From Dermatophilaceae bacterium (GTDB lineage: Bacteria; Actinomycetota; Actinomycetes; Actinomycetales; Dermatophilaceae), in contig JBDIAR010000001.1 of NCBI GenBank assembly GCA_039812545.1, positions 1,946 to 65,945 of the forward strand: 64,000 nt of DNA, written 5' to 3'. Each line of letters begins with the position of its first letter. Within the stretch, counting starts at the first letter, position 1. The position numbers were made by a program, and so were the translations under genes. Shown here one piece after another: positions 55,078 to 63,806 of the stretch. Below the pieces are notes generated by a model. The model did no database searches. It was not told where the DNA came from and saw only the letters and a list, made by a program, of their open reading frames with translations.

Positions 55078-55167
55078 GGTTCCTTCGACCTCCTTCGTCG
55101 CCTCCCCGCCGAGTCTAGGAGCACTCGGAGGGACCCGGCATTGACAACGATAGAGACTCTCGAGTTA

Positions 55168-55193
55168 GAGTCGCTGTCATGAGACAGTCACTC
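55168..55193. promoter_or_regulatory. Imperfect palindrome centred on the ABC ATPase start codon; candidate TetR operator
   Basis: GAGTcgCTGTC ATGA GACAGtcACTC. Upstream are TTGACA (55141-55146) and TAGAGT (55166-55171). Confidence 0.4.
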
Positions 55194-56177
55194 TCAGCTG
55201 TGGTCACGGAGCCGGACCCGCAGTCGGCGGCGATCGAGGTTCGCGACCTCGGCAAGCGGTTCGGTTCTGTCGTCGCCCTCGACGGTCTGGACCTGCGGGT
55301 GGGCGTCGGTGAGGTGCACGGCTTCCTCGGGCCCAACGGGGCGGGGAAGACCACGACCATCCGGATCCTGCTGGGCCAACTTCGGGCCGGTTCCGGCCGG
55401 GCCGAGGTTCTCGGAGCGGACCCCTGGGTGCACGCCGTCCAGATCCACCGGCGACTGGCATACGTGCCCGGGGATACGACCCTGTGGCCGAACCTGACCG
55501 GCGGAGAGTGCATCGACCTGTTGGGGGCGTTGCATAGCCAGGAGCGCCGCGCCCCTGATCGCGTTCGGCTGGATCGGCGTCGGCGCGACGCGCTGATCGA
55601 GCGATTCGACCTCGACCCGACGCGTCGGACGCGGTCCTACTCCAAGGGGAATCGACAGAAGGTCGCGCTGATCGCCGCGTTGGCGGTCGACGCCGACCTG
55701 CTCCTGCTGGACGAGCCCACGTCGGGGCTCGACCCGTTGATGGAGGCGGTGTTCCAGGAGTGCATTCGCGAGGCCGTCGCCGCCGGATGCACGGTGCTGT
55801 TGTCCAGCCATCTCCTGGACGAGGTCGAGGCGTTGTGCGACCGGGTCTCCATCGTGCGGCACGGACGCGTCGTCTCCAGCGGTTCGCTCGACGAGCTCCG
55901 CCGCCAGACCCGAACCAGTGTCGACGCCACGACCGCCGGATCGATGCCCGAGCTGGACGACTGGCCGGGGCTGAGCGCAGTCCGGCGGCAACGGCAATCC
56001 GACGGCTGCCGGGTGACCTTCCGAGTGGCGCCTGAACAGCTCGCGGCCGCAACGGCCTTCGTCTGTCGACAGAATCCGGTTCGGCTGACCGTCACCCCGC
56101 CCAGCCTCGACGAACTCTTCCTCGCGCACTACCGCGACGACCTGGCCGACCGTACCGGTGAGGGGGCGAGCCGATGA
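55179..56177 (+). CDS. ABC transporter ATP-binding protein (DrrA-like exporter)
   Basis: GPNGAGKTTTI, YSKGNRQKVALIAAL, LLLLDEPTSGLD. Confidence 0.9.
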   Translation: MRQSLSAVVTEPDPQSAAIEVRDLGKRFGSVVALDGLDLRVGVGEVHGFLGPNGAGKTTTIRILLGQLRAGSGRAEVLGADPWVHAVQIHRRLAYVPGDTTLWPNLTGGECIDLLGALHSQERRAPDRVRLDRRRRDALIERFDLDPTRRTRSYSKGNRQKVALIAALAVDADLLLLDEPTSGLDPLMEAVFQECIREAVAAGCTVLLSSHLLDEVEALCDRVSIVRHGRVVSSGSLDELRRQTRTSVDATTAGSMPELDDWPGLSAVRRQRQSDGCRVTFRVAPEQLAAATAFVCRQNPVRLTVTPPSLDELFLAHYRDDLADRTGEGASR

Positions 56178-57760
56178 GTGCGGACGTGTTTCGGGGCACG
56201 TGGCGCTGCTTCGTCATGCAGTGGCGGGTGGGGTGGGTGGGACTGGCCGGATTCGTCGCCGCGGTCGTGTTCCCCGTCGTCGCGACGGCGGCGAGCATGG
56301 CGGGGCTGTATCCCGAGGCGGCGCAACGGGCGGTGTACCGCGCCACCGTGGGAGCGTCGGTCACCAGTACCGCGTTCAACGGCCGCGGTTACGGGCTGGA
56401 CGAACTGGGCGGCATCGCGGCATTCGAGGCGGGCATCTTCACCCAACTCGTGCTGCCGATCCTGGCCCTCGTGCTCGTGGTTCGGCATACCCGCACACAG
56501 GAGGAGATCGGCCGGCTGGACCTGCTCACCGCCGCGCCGGTCGGCCGGCTGGCCCCGCATGCCGCCGGCGTCCTCGCACCGGCCGCGGCTGCCTTGGTCG
56601 CCGGTGTCCTCACCTCGATCGGCCTGGTCGTCGTCGGTATGCCGCCGGCCGGATCCGTCGTGTACGGGGGCTCGTTGACGTTGCTGGGTCTGGTGTTCGT
56701 CGGGCTCGGTGCGCTGTCCGCCCAGCTGGCGTCCACCGCCCGAGGGGCGCTGGGTGTCGGGCTCGGGGTCTACACGCTCGCCTACGCGACCCGGCTGACG
56801 GTGGATGCCCGCGGGTCCGAGCTGACCTGGCTGAGCCCGCTCGGTTGGACCGCGGAGGTCCGCCCGTTCGAACAGGTGCGGGTGTGGCCGCTGGCGGCGA
56901 TGGTCGTGGCGACCGGGGTGTTGGTCGCGGTGGGCGTGCTCCTGGCCGCCGGTCGCGATCTGGGGTCCGCCGTGTTCCGGGAGCGGCGCGGCCCAGCCGC
57001 CGGCGCCGTCCGGAGCGTGGTCGGGCTGCACTGGCGGGCGACCCGTGGCGCCCTCGCCGGATGGGTGGGCGCCGCGGTCCTATGGGGGGTCGGCCTGGGC
57101 GCGGTGGCTCCCGACATGGTCGCCATCTTCTCCTCGAACACCCGACTCGCCGAGGCCATGGGCGTCGAACCCGGTCACGAGGCGGCCGCGCTGACCTTGC
57201 TCTCGTCGAGGTTCCTGGCTCTCATCGGGTTGGCCTGTGGGCTGGCCGTCGTGACACGGCTGCTCGCGGAGGAGCCGGCCGGCCGGACCGGTCTGGTGTT
57301 GGCCGGGCCGAGGTCGCGGACGGCTTGGTTGTCGGCCGTCACGGGTTGCGCGTTGGCGCAGGCGGCGACCGTGGTGCTTCTCGGCGGGGCGGCCTTGGGG
57401 GTGGCCGTGCGCGCCGCCACGGGTTCGGCGCGCGAGCTGACGGACGCCCTGTCGGCGACCGCCGGCACCCTTCCCGCGGCCGCGGTCGTGATCGCCGTGG
57501 CCGTGCTGGCGGGGCAGATCCGTCCGGCGCTGGTGGTCGTGGGGTGGATCTGGTTCGGTGCGATCGCGACCATCGCGCTGCTGGGGGACACGCTGCGACT
57601 GCCGACCGCGGTCCGACGGCTGTCTCCCCTCGAGCAGCTTGGCCGGCTCCCCCTGGAGGATTACCCGTTGTTGTCCGGGGTCGCCCTGACGGCGCTCGCG
57701 CTGGTGCCGATCTTGTTCTCCGTCATGGCATTTCGACGCCGCGACCTCGTCGCCGGCTGA
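56174..57760 (+). CDS. ABC exporter permease (ABC-2-like, about 12 TM)
   Basis: The ATG overlaps the ATPase stop (ATGA). 528 aa, strongly hydrophobic. Confidence 0.8.
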   Translation: MSADVFRGTWRCFVMQWRVGWVGLAGFVAAVVFPVVATAASMAGLYPEAAQRAVYRATVGASVTSTAFNGRGYGLDELGGIAAFEAGIFTQLVLPILALVLVVRHTRTQEEIGRLDLLTAAPVGRLAPHAAGVLAPAAAALVAGVLTSIGLVVVGMPPAGSVVYGGSLTLLGLVFVGLGALSAQLASTARGALGVGLGVYTLAYATRLTVDARGSELTWLSPLGWTAEVRPFEQVRVWPLAAMVVATGVLVAVGVLLAAGRDLGSAVFRERRGPAAGAVRSVVGLHWRATRGALAGWVGAAVLWGVGLGAVAPDMVAIFSSNTRLAEAMGVEPGHEAAALTLLSSRFLALIGLACGLAVVTRLLAEEPAGRTGLVLAGPRSRTAWLSAVTGCALAQAATVVLLGGAALGVAVRAATGSARELTDALSATAGTLPAAAVVIAVAVLAGQIRPALVVVGWIWFGAIATIALLGDTLRLPTAVRRLSPLEQLGRLPLEDYPLLSGVALTALALVPILFSVMAFRRRDLVAG

Positions 57761-57815
57761 GGAGCCGGACGGCGAGGTCGCGGGTGAGCGTGCTCGAAGG
57801 GTGGGCTGGGATCGG

Positions 57816-58787
57816 CTACTTGGTCTTGTGAGTGACCGGGGTGACGGCCTCCTCGCCGCGCAGGACGCGCAGGCAGTTGTCCGCGGCGAGCGTGGCCATC
57901 GCGGTGCGCGTCTCGGTCGTCGCGGAGCCCAGGTGCGGGAGCAGGACGACGTTCTCCAGCTCCAGCAGGCCCTCGTGGACCTGGGGTTCGTTCTCGAACA
58001 CGTCGAGCCCGGCACCGGCGATCTCGCCGGCCTTGAGGGCCTCGACGAGGGCGGCTTCGTCGACGATGGGTCCGCGGGCCGAGTTGACCAGGTAGGCGGT
58101 CTTCTTCATCGCCGCGAACTGTTCCGCGCCCATCAGGTGGTGGGTGGAGGGCATATACGGGCAGTGCAGCGACACGACGTCGGCGACTCGCAACAGCTCG
58201 TCGAAGTCCACCTTGCGAGCGCCGAGCTCCTGCGCGATCTCCGGCTTCATCTCGTACTCGTCGGAGTAGACCACGTCCATCCCGAATGCCTTGGCGCGCC
58301 GGGCCATGGCGATCCCGATCTGGCCGGCGCCGACGATCCCGATCGTCTTGCCCTGCAGGCCCATTCCCAGCAGGTAGAACATGCCCCACTGCCACGGCGT
58401 CTTGGAGCGGATGATGCGCTCACCCTCGCCGAAGCGGCGGGTGACCATGAGCATCAGACCGAAGGCCGTGTCGGCCGTCGTCTCGGTCAGGACGCGGGGG
58501 GTGTTCGTCGCGACCACGCCGTGGGCGTCGCAGGCCGCGACGTCGATGTTGTTGAACCCGACCGCGACATTGGCGACGACCTTCAACTGCGGTCCGGCCG
58601 CCGCCAGGAATTCGTCGTCGACCTTCTCGGTGAGCAGCGTGAGTATGCCGTCCGCCCCCTTGATGAGGTCCAGGCACTTCTCCCGGGTGATGCAGTCCGG
58701 CGCGTCCCACACGACGACGTCGTGTTCGGCCTTGAGCAGGTCGATTCCGGCTTGCGGAATGCGGTTCGTGACAACGACTTTCGCCAT
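57816..58787 (-). CDS. D-2-hydroxyacid dehydrogenase (glyoxylate/hydroxypyruvate reductase-like)
   Basis: GKTIGIVGAGQIGIAMARR (NAD fold), SLHCP, NSARGPIVDE, PHLGSAT. Confidence 0.9.
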   Translation of the reverse strand: MAKVVVTNRIPQAGIDLLKAEHDVVVWDAPDCITREKCLDLIKGADGILTLLTEKVDDEFLAAAGPQLKVVANVAVGFNNIDVAACDAHGVVATNTPRVLTETTADTAFGLMLMVTRRFGEGERIIRSKTPWQWGMFYLLGMGLQGKTIGIVGAGQIGIAMARRAKAFGMDVVYSDEYEMKPEIAQELGARKVDFDELLRVADVVSLHCPYMPSTHHLMGAEQFAAMKKTAYLVNSARGPIVDEAALVEALKAGEIAGAGLDVFENEPQVHEGLLELENVVLLPHLGSATTETRTAMATLAADNCLRVLRGEEAVTPVTHKTK

Positions 58788-58790
58788 GAT

Positions 58791-59984
58791 TCAGCCCTCG
58801 ATCCAGGTCTTCAGCCTGCCGAGGCCCTCGCGGATGAGTTCCTCGGAGATGCCGGAGTATGCCAGTCGGATGTACTTGCGCTCTTCACCCGGCTGCGGCC
58901 GGCCGAAGTGCATGCGTGTGCAGAACGACACGCCGGTGTTCTGGAGTGCCGCGGTGGCGAAGTCGCCGAGATTGTCGAAGCCCTTGGCCGCCATGGCCTC
59001 GGTGACGTCGGGGAAGAGGTAGAAGGTGGATTCGGGCAGGGCCACCGACATGCCCTGGATGGAGTTGGCCATCTCGTGTGCCGCGTCGCGCCGGCCCTGG
59101 AGGACCCGCAGCAGGTCCTTGACCGGACCCTGGTCGCCGGTGAGGCCGGCGATGCCGGCCCACTGGACGAAATGCGTCGTGCAGGACTCGTTGTTCGTGT
59201 TCATCGTCGAGAACACCTTGATGACGTCCTCCGGCCCGATCCCGGCACCGAGCCGCCAGCCGGTCATCGCGAATTTCTTCGAGAACGTGTAGAGGATGAC
59301 GGTGCGCTCTTTCATCCCCGGAAGCGCACTGATCGACGAACTCGTGCCCGAATAGCGGGTCTCGAAATATGCCTCGTCGGAGAGGACCCACAGGTCGTTC
59401 TCGATGGCCAGCTGCGCAATCGCCTCGCGCTCGGACGCCGTCGACTCGGCGGAGATCGGGTTCTGCAGGTCGTTGTAGATGATCGCCTTGGTCTTGGGCC
59501 CGATGAGCGCACGCACCTGGTCCAGGTCGATCGCGAAACCCTTGTCGGTCGGGACGTAGCGGTACGCCCGGGCCACCCCACCGAAGTACTCGATCTGCGA
59601 CTCGTAGATCGGGAAACCGGGGTTGGGGTAGAGCACCTCGTCGCCCTCGTCCATCAGGGCCTGGAGGAACTTGGTGATCACCGGCTTGCCGCCGGGTTGC
59701 ACGGCGATGTTGTCCACGCCGTAGTCGGTGCCCCGCAGCGCGTTGAGGTCCGCGGCGAGTGCCTCGCGCAGCTGGGGTATGCCGGGGCCGGGGCAGTAGC
59801 CCGTCTTGCCGTCCGCGATCGCCTTGTTCATCGCCTCGACGATGTTCGCGGGGGTGGCCAGGTCGATGTCACCCAGGTGGAAAGGGTAGATCTTGTTGCC
59901 CTTGGCACCCCAGGCCGCCGCCGCCGCGGAGACGGCGAATGCGGTTTCGGTGCCGAGTCTGGAGAGTCGTTGTGCAAGCGCCAT
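58791..59984 (-). CDS. Class I/II PLP-dependent aminotransferase
   Basis: ATG 59984 lies 9 nt after GGAAAGG. YPNPGFPIY and FSKKFAMTGWRLG (PLP Lys). Confidence 0.85.
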   Translation of the reverse strand: MALAQRLSRLGTETAFAVSAAAAAWGAKGNKIYPFHLGDIDLATPANIVEAMNKAIADGKTGYCPGPGIPQLREALAADLNALRGTDYGVDNIAVQPGGKPVITKFLQALMDEGDEVLYPNPGFPIYESQIEYFGGVARAYRYVPTDKGFAIDLDQVRALIGPKTKAIIYNDLQNPISAESTASEREAIAQLAIENDLWVLSDEAYFETRYSGTSSSISALPGMKERTVILYTFSKKFAMTGWRLGAGIGPEDVIKVFSTMNTNNESCTTHFVQWAGIAGLTGDQGPVKDLLRVLQGRRDAAHEMANSIQGMSVALPESTFYLFPDVTEAMAAKGFDNLGDFATAALQNTGVSFCTRMHFGRPQPGEERKYIRLAYSGISEELIREGLGRLKTWIEG

Positions 59985-60128
59985 TGCGAGCATCCTTTCC
60001 GCGCAGGTCCCCACCGGTGAATCTGTCCCGGCGAGAAGAGAACTGTCACGGATCAGGCTATGGGGTCGGCTCACGCGGGCGACCGCCGGGGTCGTTATAA
60101 AGGGCTCCCGAGGTGGGTATATCGGCGG

Positions 60129-61592
60129 TCAGGCGATGAGTTCCTCGTCGAGCAGGTAGTGCACGACGTCTGCCGCCGCGTAATCGGCACGGGCCGCGAG
60201 CAGGGCGCGCACCGGTTCGAGGTCCGAGCCCGAGGTCACCAGCGCGGGTTCGATATATCCGCCGGGGCGACGCTGCGGATGCCCGGCGGCGGCGAACAGG
60301 GCGTTGCACAGGCATACCCGACCCTCGGCCGCGATCTCACGGCCACCCTTGCGGGCGAAGCTGCGCGCGGGCTCGGCCGGGCAGCGGTAGTCCACACCGC
60401 CGTCGGGGCGCACATAGGCGGTCCGCAGCACGCCGAGGTCACACACCGGCGTACGGGCTTCTCGCACAGCCGGATCGGCCAGGCTGCCCGGCAGGTGGGC
60501 GACCCGGAACGGGAAACCCGTCGGGCTGACCCGGTGGTCGGCGAGAACCGCGACGTCGCCGGCGGACACGGCTGCTCGCATGGCGGACTTGATGTCGGCG
60601 TCGAAGCCGGATTCGGCGCTGTACGCGAACGCCGTCCCGACCTGGATGCCGGCGAGCCCGCAGGACAGGGCTTCGCGTAGCGCTTCGGGGGTGGCCTGGC
60701 CGCCGGCCACCCAGACCGGCAGCCCGAGGGCGAGAACGGCCCGGAGATCGACGTCGTCGCGTTCGTCGTAGACCGGTTCCCCGGCGGTGTCGAGGCGGAA
60801 CGGGCCGCGCGGGGGCGCGTTGTGTCCACCGGCGGTCGGTCCTTCGACGACGAAACCGTCCGGGCGGGTGCGGGGATCGCCGGCCAGTCCGGCGGCCAGG
60901 TCGACCGAGGCGACGATCGCCAGGGCAAGAGGCCGATCGAGCCGGGCTAGGTGGGCGGGCAGGGTGGCGGGGTCCAGCACGTCGGCCGGGTCGAAGGGCG
61001 CGGCGGCCGGGGCATCGGGTCCGTGCGCGCCCATCACCTTCACGGCGAACCGGGGCGAGCGGTGGGTCGAGAGCTCGGCGATCATCGCCGGCAGTTCGTG
61101 CGGGCTGCCCGCGCCCATGAGCACGTAGTCGACGCCGGCCAGCATGGCGCCGTAGAGGCCGGCCGGGATGGGCAGCTCGATCTTGCGGAGGTAGTTGATG
61201 CCCACGACGCCGTCGTGGCCCTCCTTGGCGAGGTAGACCTCGACGAAGTTGGCGACGGTGACCAGTTGGAGCACCCGGGGCGCCGGCGCGAGGCTGAGGC
61301 GGGGCACCTGCTTGTATGCCGACTGCGCCGGGATGCCCCCCTCGACGAAGTAGGACGCGAGGATCCAGTCGGTCAACTCGGGGACCGGGAAAGCGGCCAG
61401 GGCACGCCGGACGTGACCGCCGGGGTCGCCGTCCTGCAGGCGCCTGGCCATCAGGATCTCCAGGGACACCCCCGAGACCACCCCGAGTTGTCCGGTCTTC
61501 GACACGGCCCGGGCCAGCCGCCAGTCGGAGATGCCGACGCCCATGCCTCCCTGGATGACGACGGGTCGGGTGCGGAGCACCGGCTTGGTCAT
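60129..61592 (-). CDS. Nitronate monooxygenase-family flavoprotein (NPD-like)
   Basis: VVIQGGMGVGISDWRLARAVSKTGQLGVVSG and GIQVGTAF. 487 aa. Confidence 0.85.
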   Translation of the reverse strand: MTKPVLRTRPVVIQGGMGVGISDWRLARAVSKTGQLGVVSGVSLEILMARRLQDGDPGGHVRRALAAFPVPELTDWILASYFVEGGIPAQSAYKQVPRLSLAPAPRVLQLVTVANFVEVYLAKEGHDGVVGINYLRKIELPIPAGLYGAMLAGVDYVLMGAGSPHELPAMIAELSTHRSPRFAVKVMGAHGPDAPAAAPFDPADVLDPATLPAHLARLDRPLALAIVASVDLAAGLAGDPRTRPDGFVVEGPTAGGHNAPPRGPFRLDTAGEPVYDERDDVDLRAVLALGLPVWVAGGQATPEALREALSCGLAGIQVGTAFAYSAESGFDADIKSAMRAAVSAGDVAVLADHRVSPTGFPFRVAHLPGSLADPAVREARTPVCDLGVLRTAYVRPDGGVDYRCPAEPARSFARKGGREIAAEGRVCLCNALFAAAGHPQRRPGGYIEPALVTSGSDLEPVRALLAARADYAAADVVHYLLDEELIA

Positions 61593-61728
61593 GGCTGCGC
61601 CTCTCGTGGCTTCCTGCTGAGTCGGAGTCGACCCTCATGGGCCCTTTCCGTTACGTCTAGCTTACGGGGCTAAGTTACTGGTGCGTAATCCCGCTCGAAT
61701 TCGGGGTGTCGAGCCGTAGAGTTAGCAG

Positions 61729-62955
61729 ATGGTGATAAAACAAGGACTGTCGCGACCTTGGGCGCGCGTCGATCCCGTGGTGGCCGAGACCCTGCGGTCG
61801 GTCGTTCCGGCGGTCATCGAGGACGCGATGGACCGGATCGTCCACGACCTGCCGACACTGGGGAGCGACGTCGTCGGCCGGTTCGGCGAGGCCCTGCGGC
61901 TGGGCATCCACCAGGCCCTGCGGCACTTCACCGACCTACTCGGTCGCGACGTCTCCGCCTTGGACGACCAACTGCTGCGCATGTACGTCGAGTTCGGGGC
62001 CCGGGAGGATCGGCACGGTCGCTCCATGGAGGCCCTCCTGGCGGCATACCGGCTGGGCGCTCGCACGACCTGGGCACACTTCTCGGTCGCGGCCATCGAG
62101 GACGGAGCACCGCCTCGCCAGATCGCGCTGCTCGCCGAGGCGCTGTTCGTGTACATCGACGAACTGAGTGCGGCGTCGGCGACCGGGTTCTCCCGCGCCC
62201 AGGTCGAACGCGCGGCCCAACGCGAGCAGGCCCGTCGCCGACTGGCCGAGGCCCTGGTGGCCGGGGTTGCGGGCAGTGATCCCAGTCGGACCGCTGAACT
62301 GGCCGCGAACGCCGACTGGGAGCTGCCCGAACGACTGGCCGTCGCGGTCCATTCGCCGTCCGACGGGGGAGCAGGCGATCGCGAACCGACCACGGACGCA
62401 GAGGTGTTGGTGCTACGTACCGACGACGAGGTGCTGCTCGTGTTGCCCGAACGGGACGGCGTCCTGGCCGATCCGCAGCGCTGGGTGCGGTGTTATGTGG
62501 GGACCGTGCGGGCCGCCGCCGAGGCGTCGCTCTCGCTGGCCCACGCCCGCACGCTGCGCCGCCTGGTCGCCGAGGGCGTGGTCCCGATCGCGCCGGTCGT
62601 CGCCGCCGCCGATCACCTTCCCGAACTCGTCCTGCACGCCGACGACCGCTTGTATGCCGAACTCTGTCGCCGGGCGCTGGCCCCCCTGGACGGGTTGACC
62701 CGTCCCCGTCGCGAGATCGCGGTGCGCACGATCGCGGCCTGGTTGGCGCTGGGCGGCGACCGGTCGGCCGTCGCCGACGCCCTCGGCGTCCACCCGCAGA
62801 CCGTGAGTTACCGGCTCGGCCAACTCGCCGAACTCTTCGACGGGGGACTGGACGACCCCGCGGTGCGCGGTGAACTGCTCCTTGCCACGTATGCCGTGCG
62901 GCCGGAACGGGGCCCGGTGCTCAGTCGGCGGGGGCCGGAGCGCGCCGCACGGTGA
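61729..62955 (+). CDS. PucR-family transcriptional regulator
   Basis: C-terminal HTH RTIAAWLALGGDRSAVADALGVHPQTVSYRLGQLAELF. The first codons (ATG GTG ATA AAA CAA) are atypical, so the start may be further downstream. Confidence 0.8.
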   Translation: MVIKQGLSRPWARVDPVVAETLRSVVPAVIEDAMDRIVHDLPTLGSDVVGRFGEALRLGIHQALRHFTDLLGRDVSALDDQLLRMYVEFGAREDRHGRSMEALLAAYRLGARTTWAHFSVAAIEDGAPPRQIALLAEALFVYIDELSAASATGFSRAQVERAAQREQARRRLAEALVAGVAGSDPSRTAELAANADWELPERLAVAVHSPSDGGAGDREPTTDAEVLVLRTDDEVLLVLPERDGVLADPQRWVRCYVGTVRAAAEASLSLAHARTLRRLVAEGVVPIAPVVAAADHLPELVLHADDRLYAELCRRALAPLDGLTRPRREIAVRTIAAWLALGGDRSAVADALGVHPQTVSYRLGQLAELFDGGLDDPAVRGELLLATYAVRPERGPVLSRRGPERAAR

Positions 62956-63724
62956 GGATCTGTTCGGCCCGGCCGACCTGGCCGGTCACGTCGAACAGCG
63001 CGGACGCGGTCAGGCCGAGGCCGGTCTCCCCGAAGGACACCGTCGTGTCGAGCCCCAGCCAGCCGGCCGTGGGCTGGCGGAACAGGTGAATGGTCAGGTC
63101 GACATTGGGGAAGATCCAGTCCTGGGGGTGGGCCCGGGTGGCGTGACCGTTGGCGGCGTCGACGAGAGCGACGAAGGCCGCGGTGTCGCTCACCTGCTCG
63201 TCCTCGATGAGCCCGACATCGGTGCGGATCCACGACGCGCGCCGCCCCGGACGACCGCCCGGCACCACCCGGAAGTCCAGCGAGTCGATGAAGCCGCCGC
63301 CCCACAGCTGCGAACCGTCCCAGGGGGTCAAGGAATCCGGCGGCGGAAGCGGATCGGCGAAGCCGCCGGCGACCTCGCTGGTGTCCTGGCGGGCGAGGCG
63401 CCATCCGGTCGCCCGGACGACGTCCTGCCAGCCGACGGTCAGCGTCGCCTCGAGCAACTCGATGGTGCGGCCCGGCCGGACCGTGCGCACGGTGACCCGG
63501 CTCGGCTGGGCGGGGATGAAACCGAGGATCTCGTAACCGATCCGGCACAGTTGCATGTCCGGGCGCGCGTCGTGGCCGACCAGGGCGTGCGCGAGCAGGC
63601 CGGCGACCGGAGCCATGTGCTGCTCGTCCTCGTTCCAGGCCCCCTGGGCATGCCGGGTGGGCTGATAGGTCTCTTCATCGATCCGCCGGAAGTAGCTGTC
63701 GGAGTCCTCGGGCAGTGCCACCAT
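62921..63724 (-). CDS. Acyl-CoA thioesterase-family (double hot-dog) protein
   Basis: MVALPEDSDSYFRRIDEETYQPTRHAQGAWNEDEQHMAPVAGLL...DLTIHLFRQP. Start chosen at ATG 63724. The 3' end overlaps pucR by 35 nt (convergent). Confidence 0.7.
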   Translation of the reverse strand: MVALPEDSDSYFRRIDEETYQPTRHAQGAWNEDEQHMAPVAGLLAHALVGHDARPDMQLCRIGYEILGFIPAQPSRVTVRTVRPGRTIELLEATLTVGWQDVVRATGWRLARQDTSEVAGGFADPLPPPDSLTPWDGSQLWGGGFIDSLDFRVVPGGRPGRRASWIRTDVGLIEDEQVSDTAAFVALVDAANGHATRAHPQDWIFPNVDLTIHLFRQPTAGWLGLDTTVSFGETGLGLTASALFDVTGQVGRAEQILTVRRAPAPAD

Positions 63725-63806
63725 GCGTGCGACCCTACCTTCGGGGGGATAATCGGGCAGTCCCGCCCCGCGTCCCGAGGACCCGACCACCTGCCATGTC
63801 CCGCTC

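Noticed and set aside
2714-62895. Reading the abundant GTATGCC word as a Chi- or FtsK/KOPS-like polar signal, or as a restriction site.
   Set aside because: Orientation is nearly balanced (58 vs 46) within a single 64-kb stretch, which is unlike strand-polar signals. Restriction targets are normally avoided, not enriched. A replichore-scale analysis is still needed.
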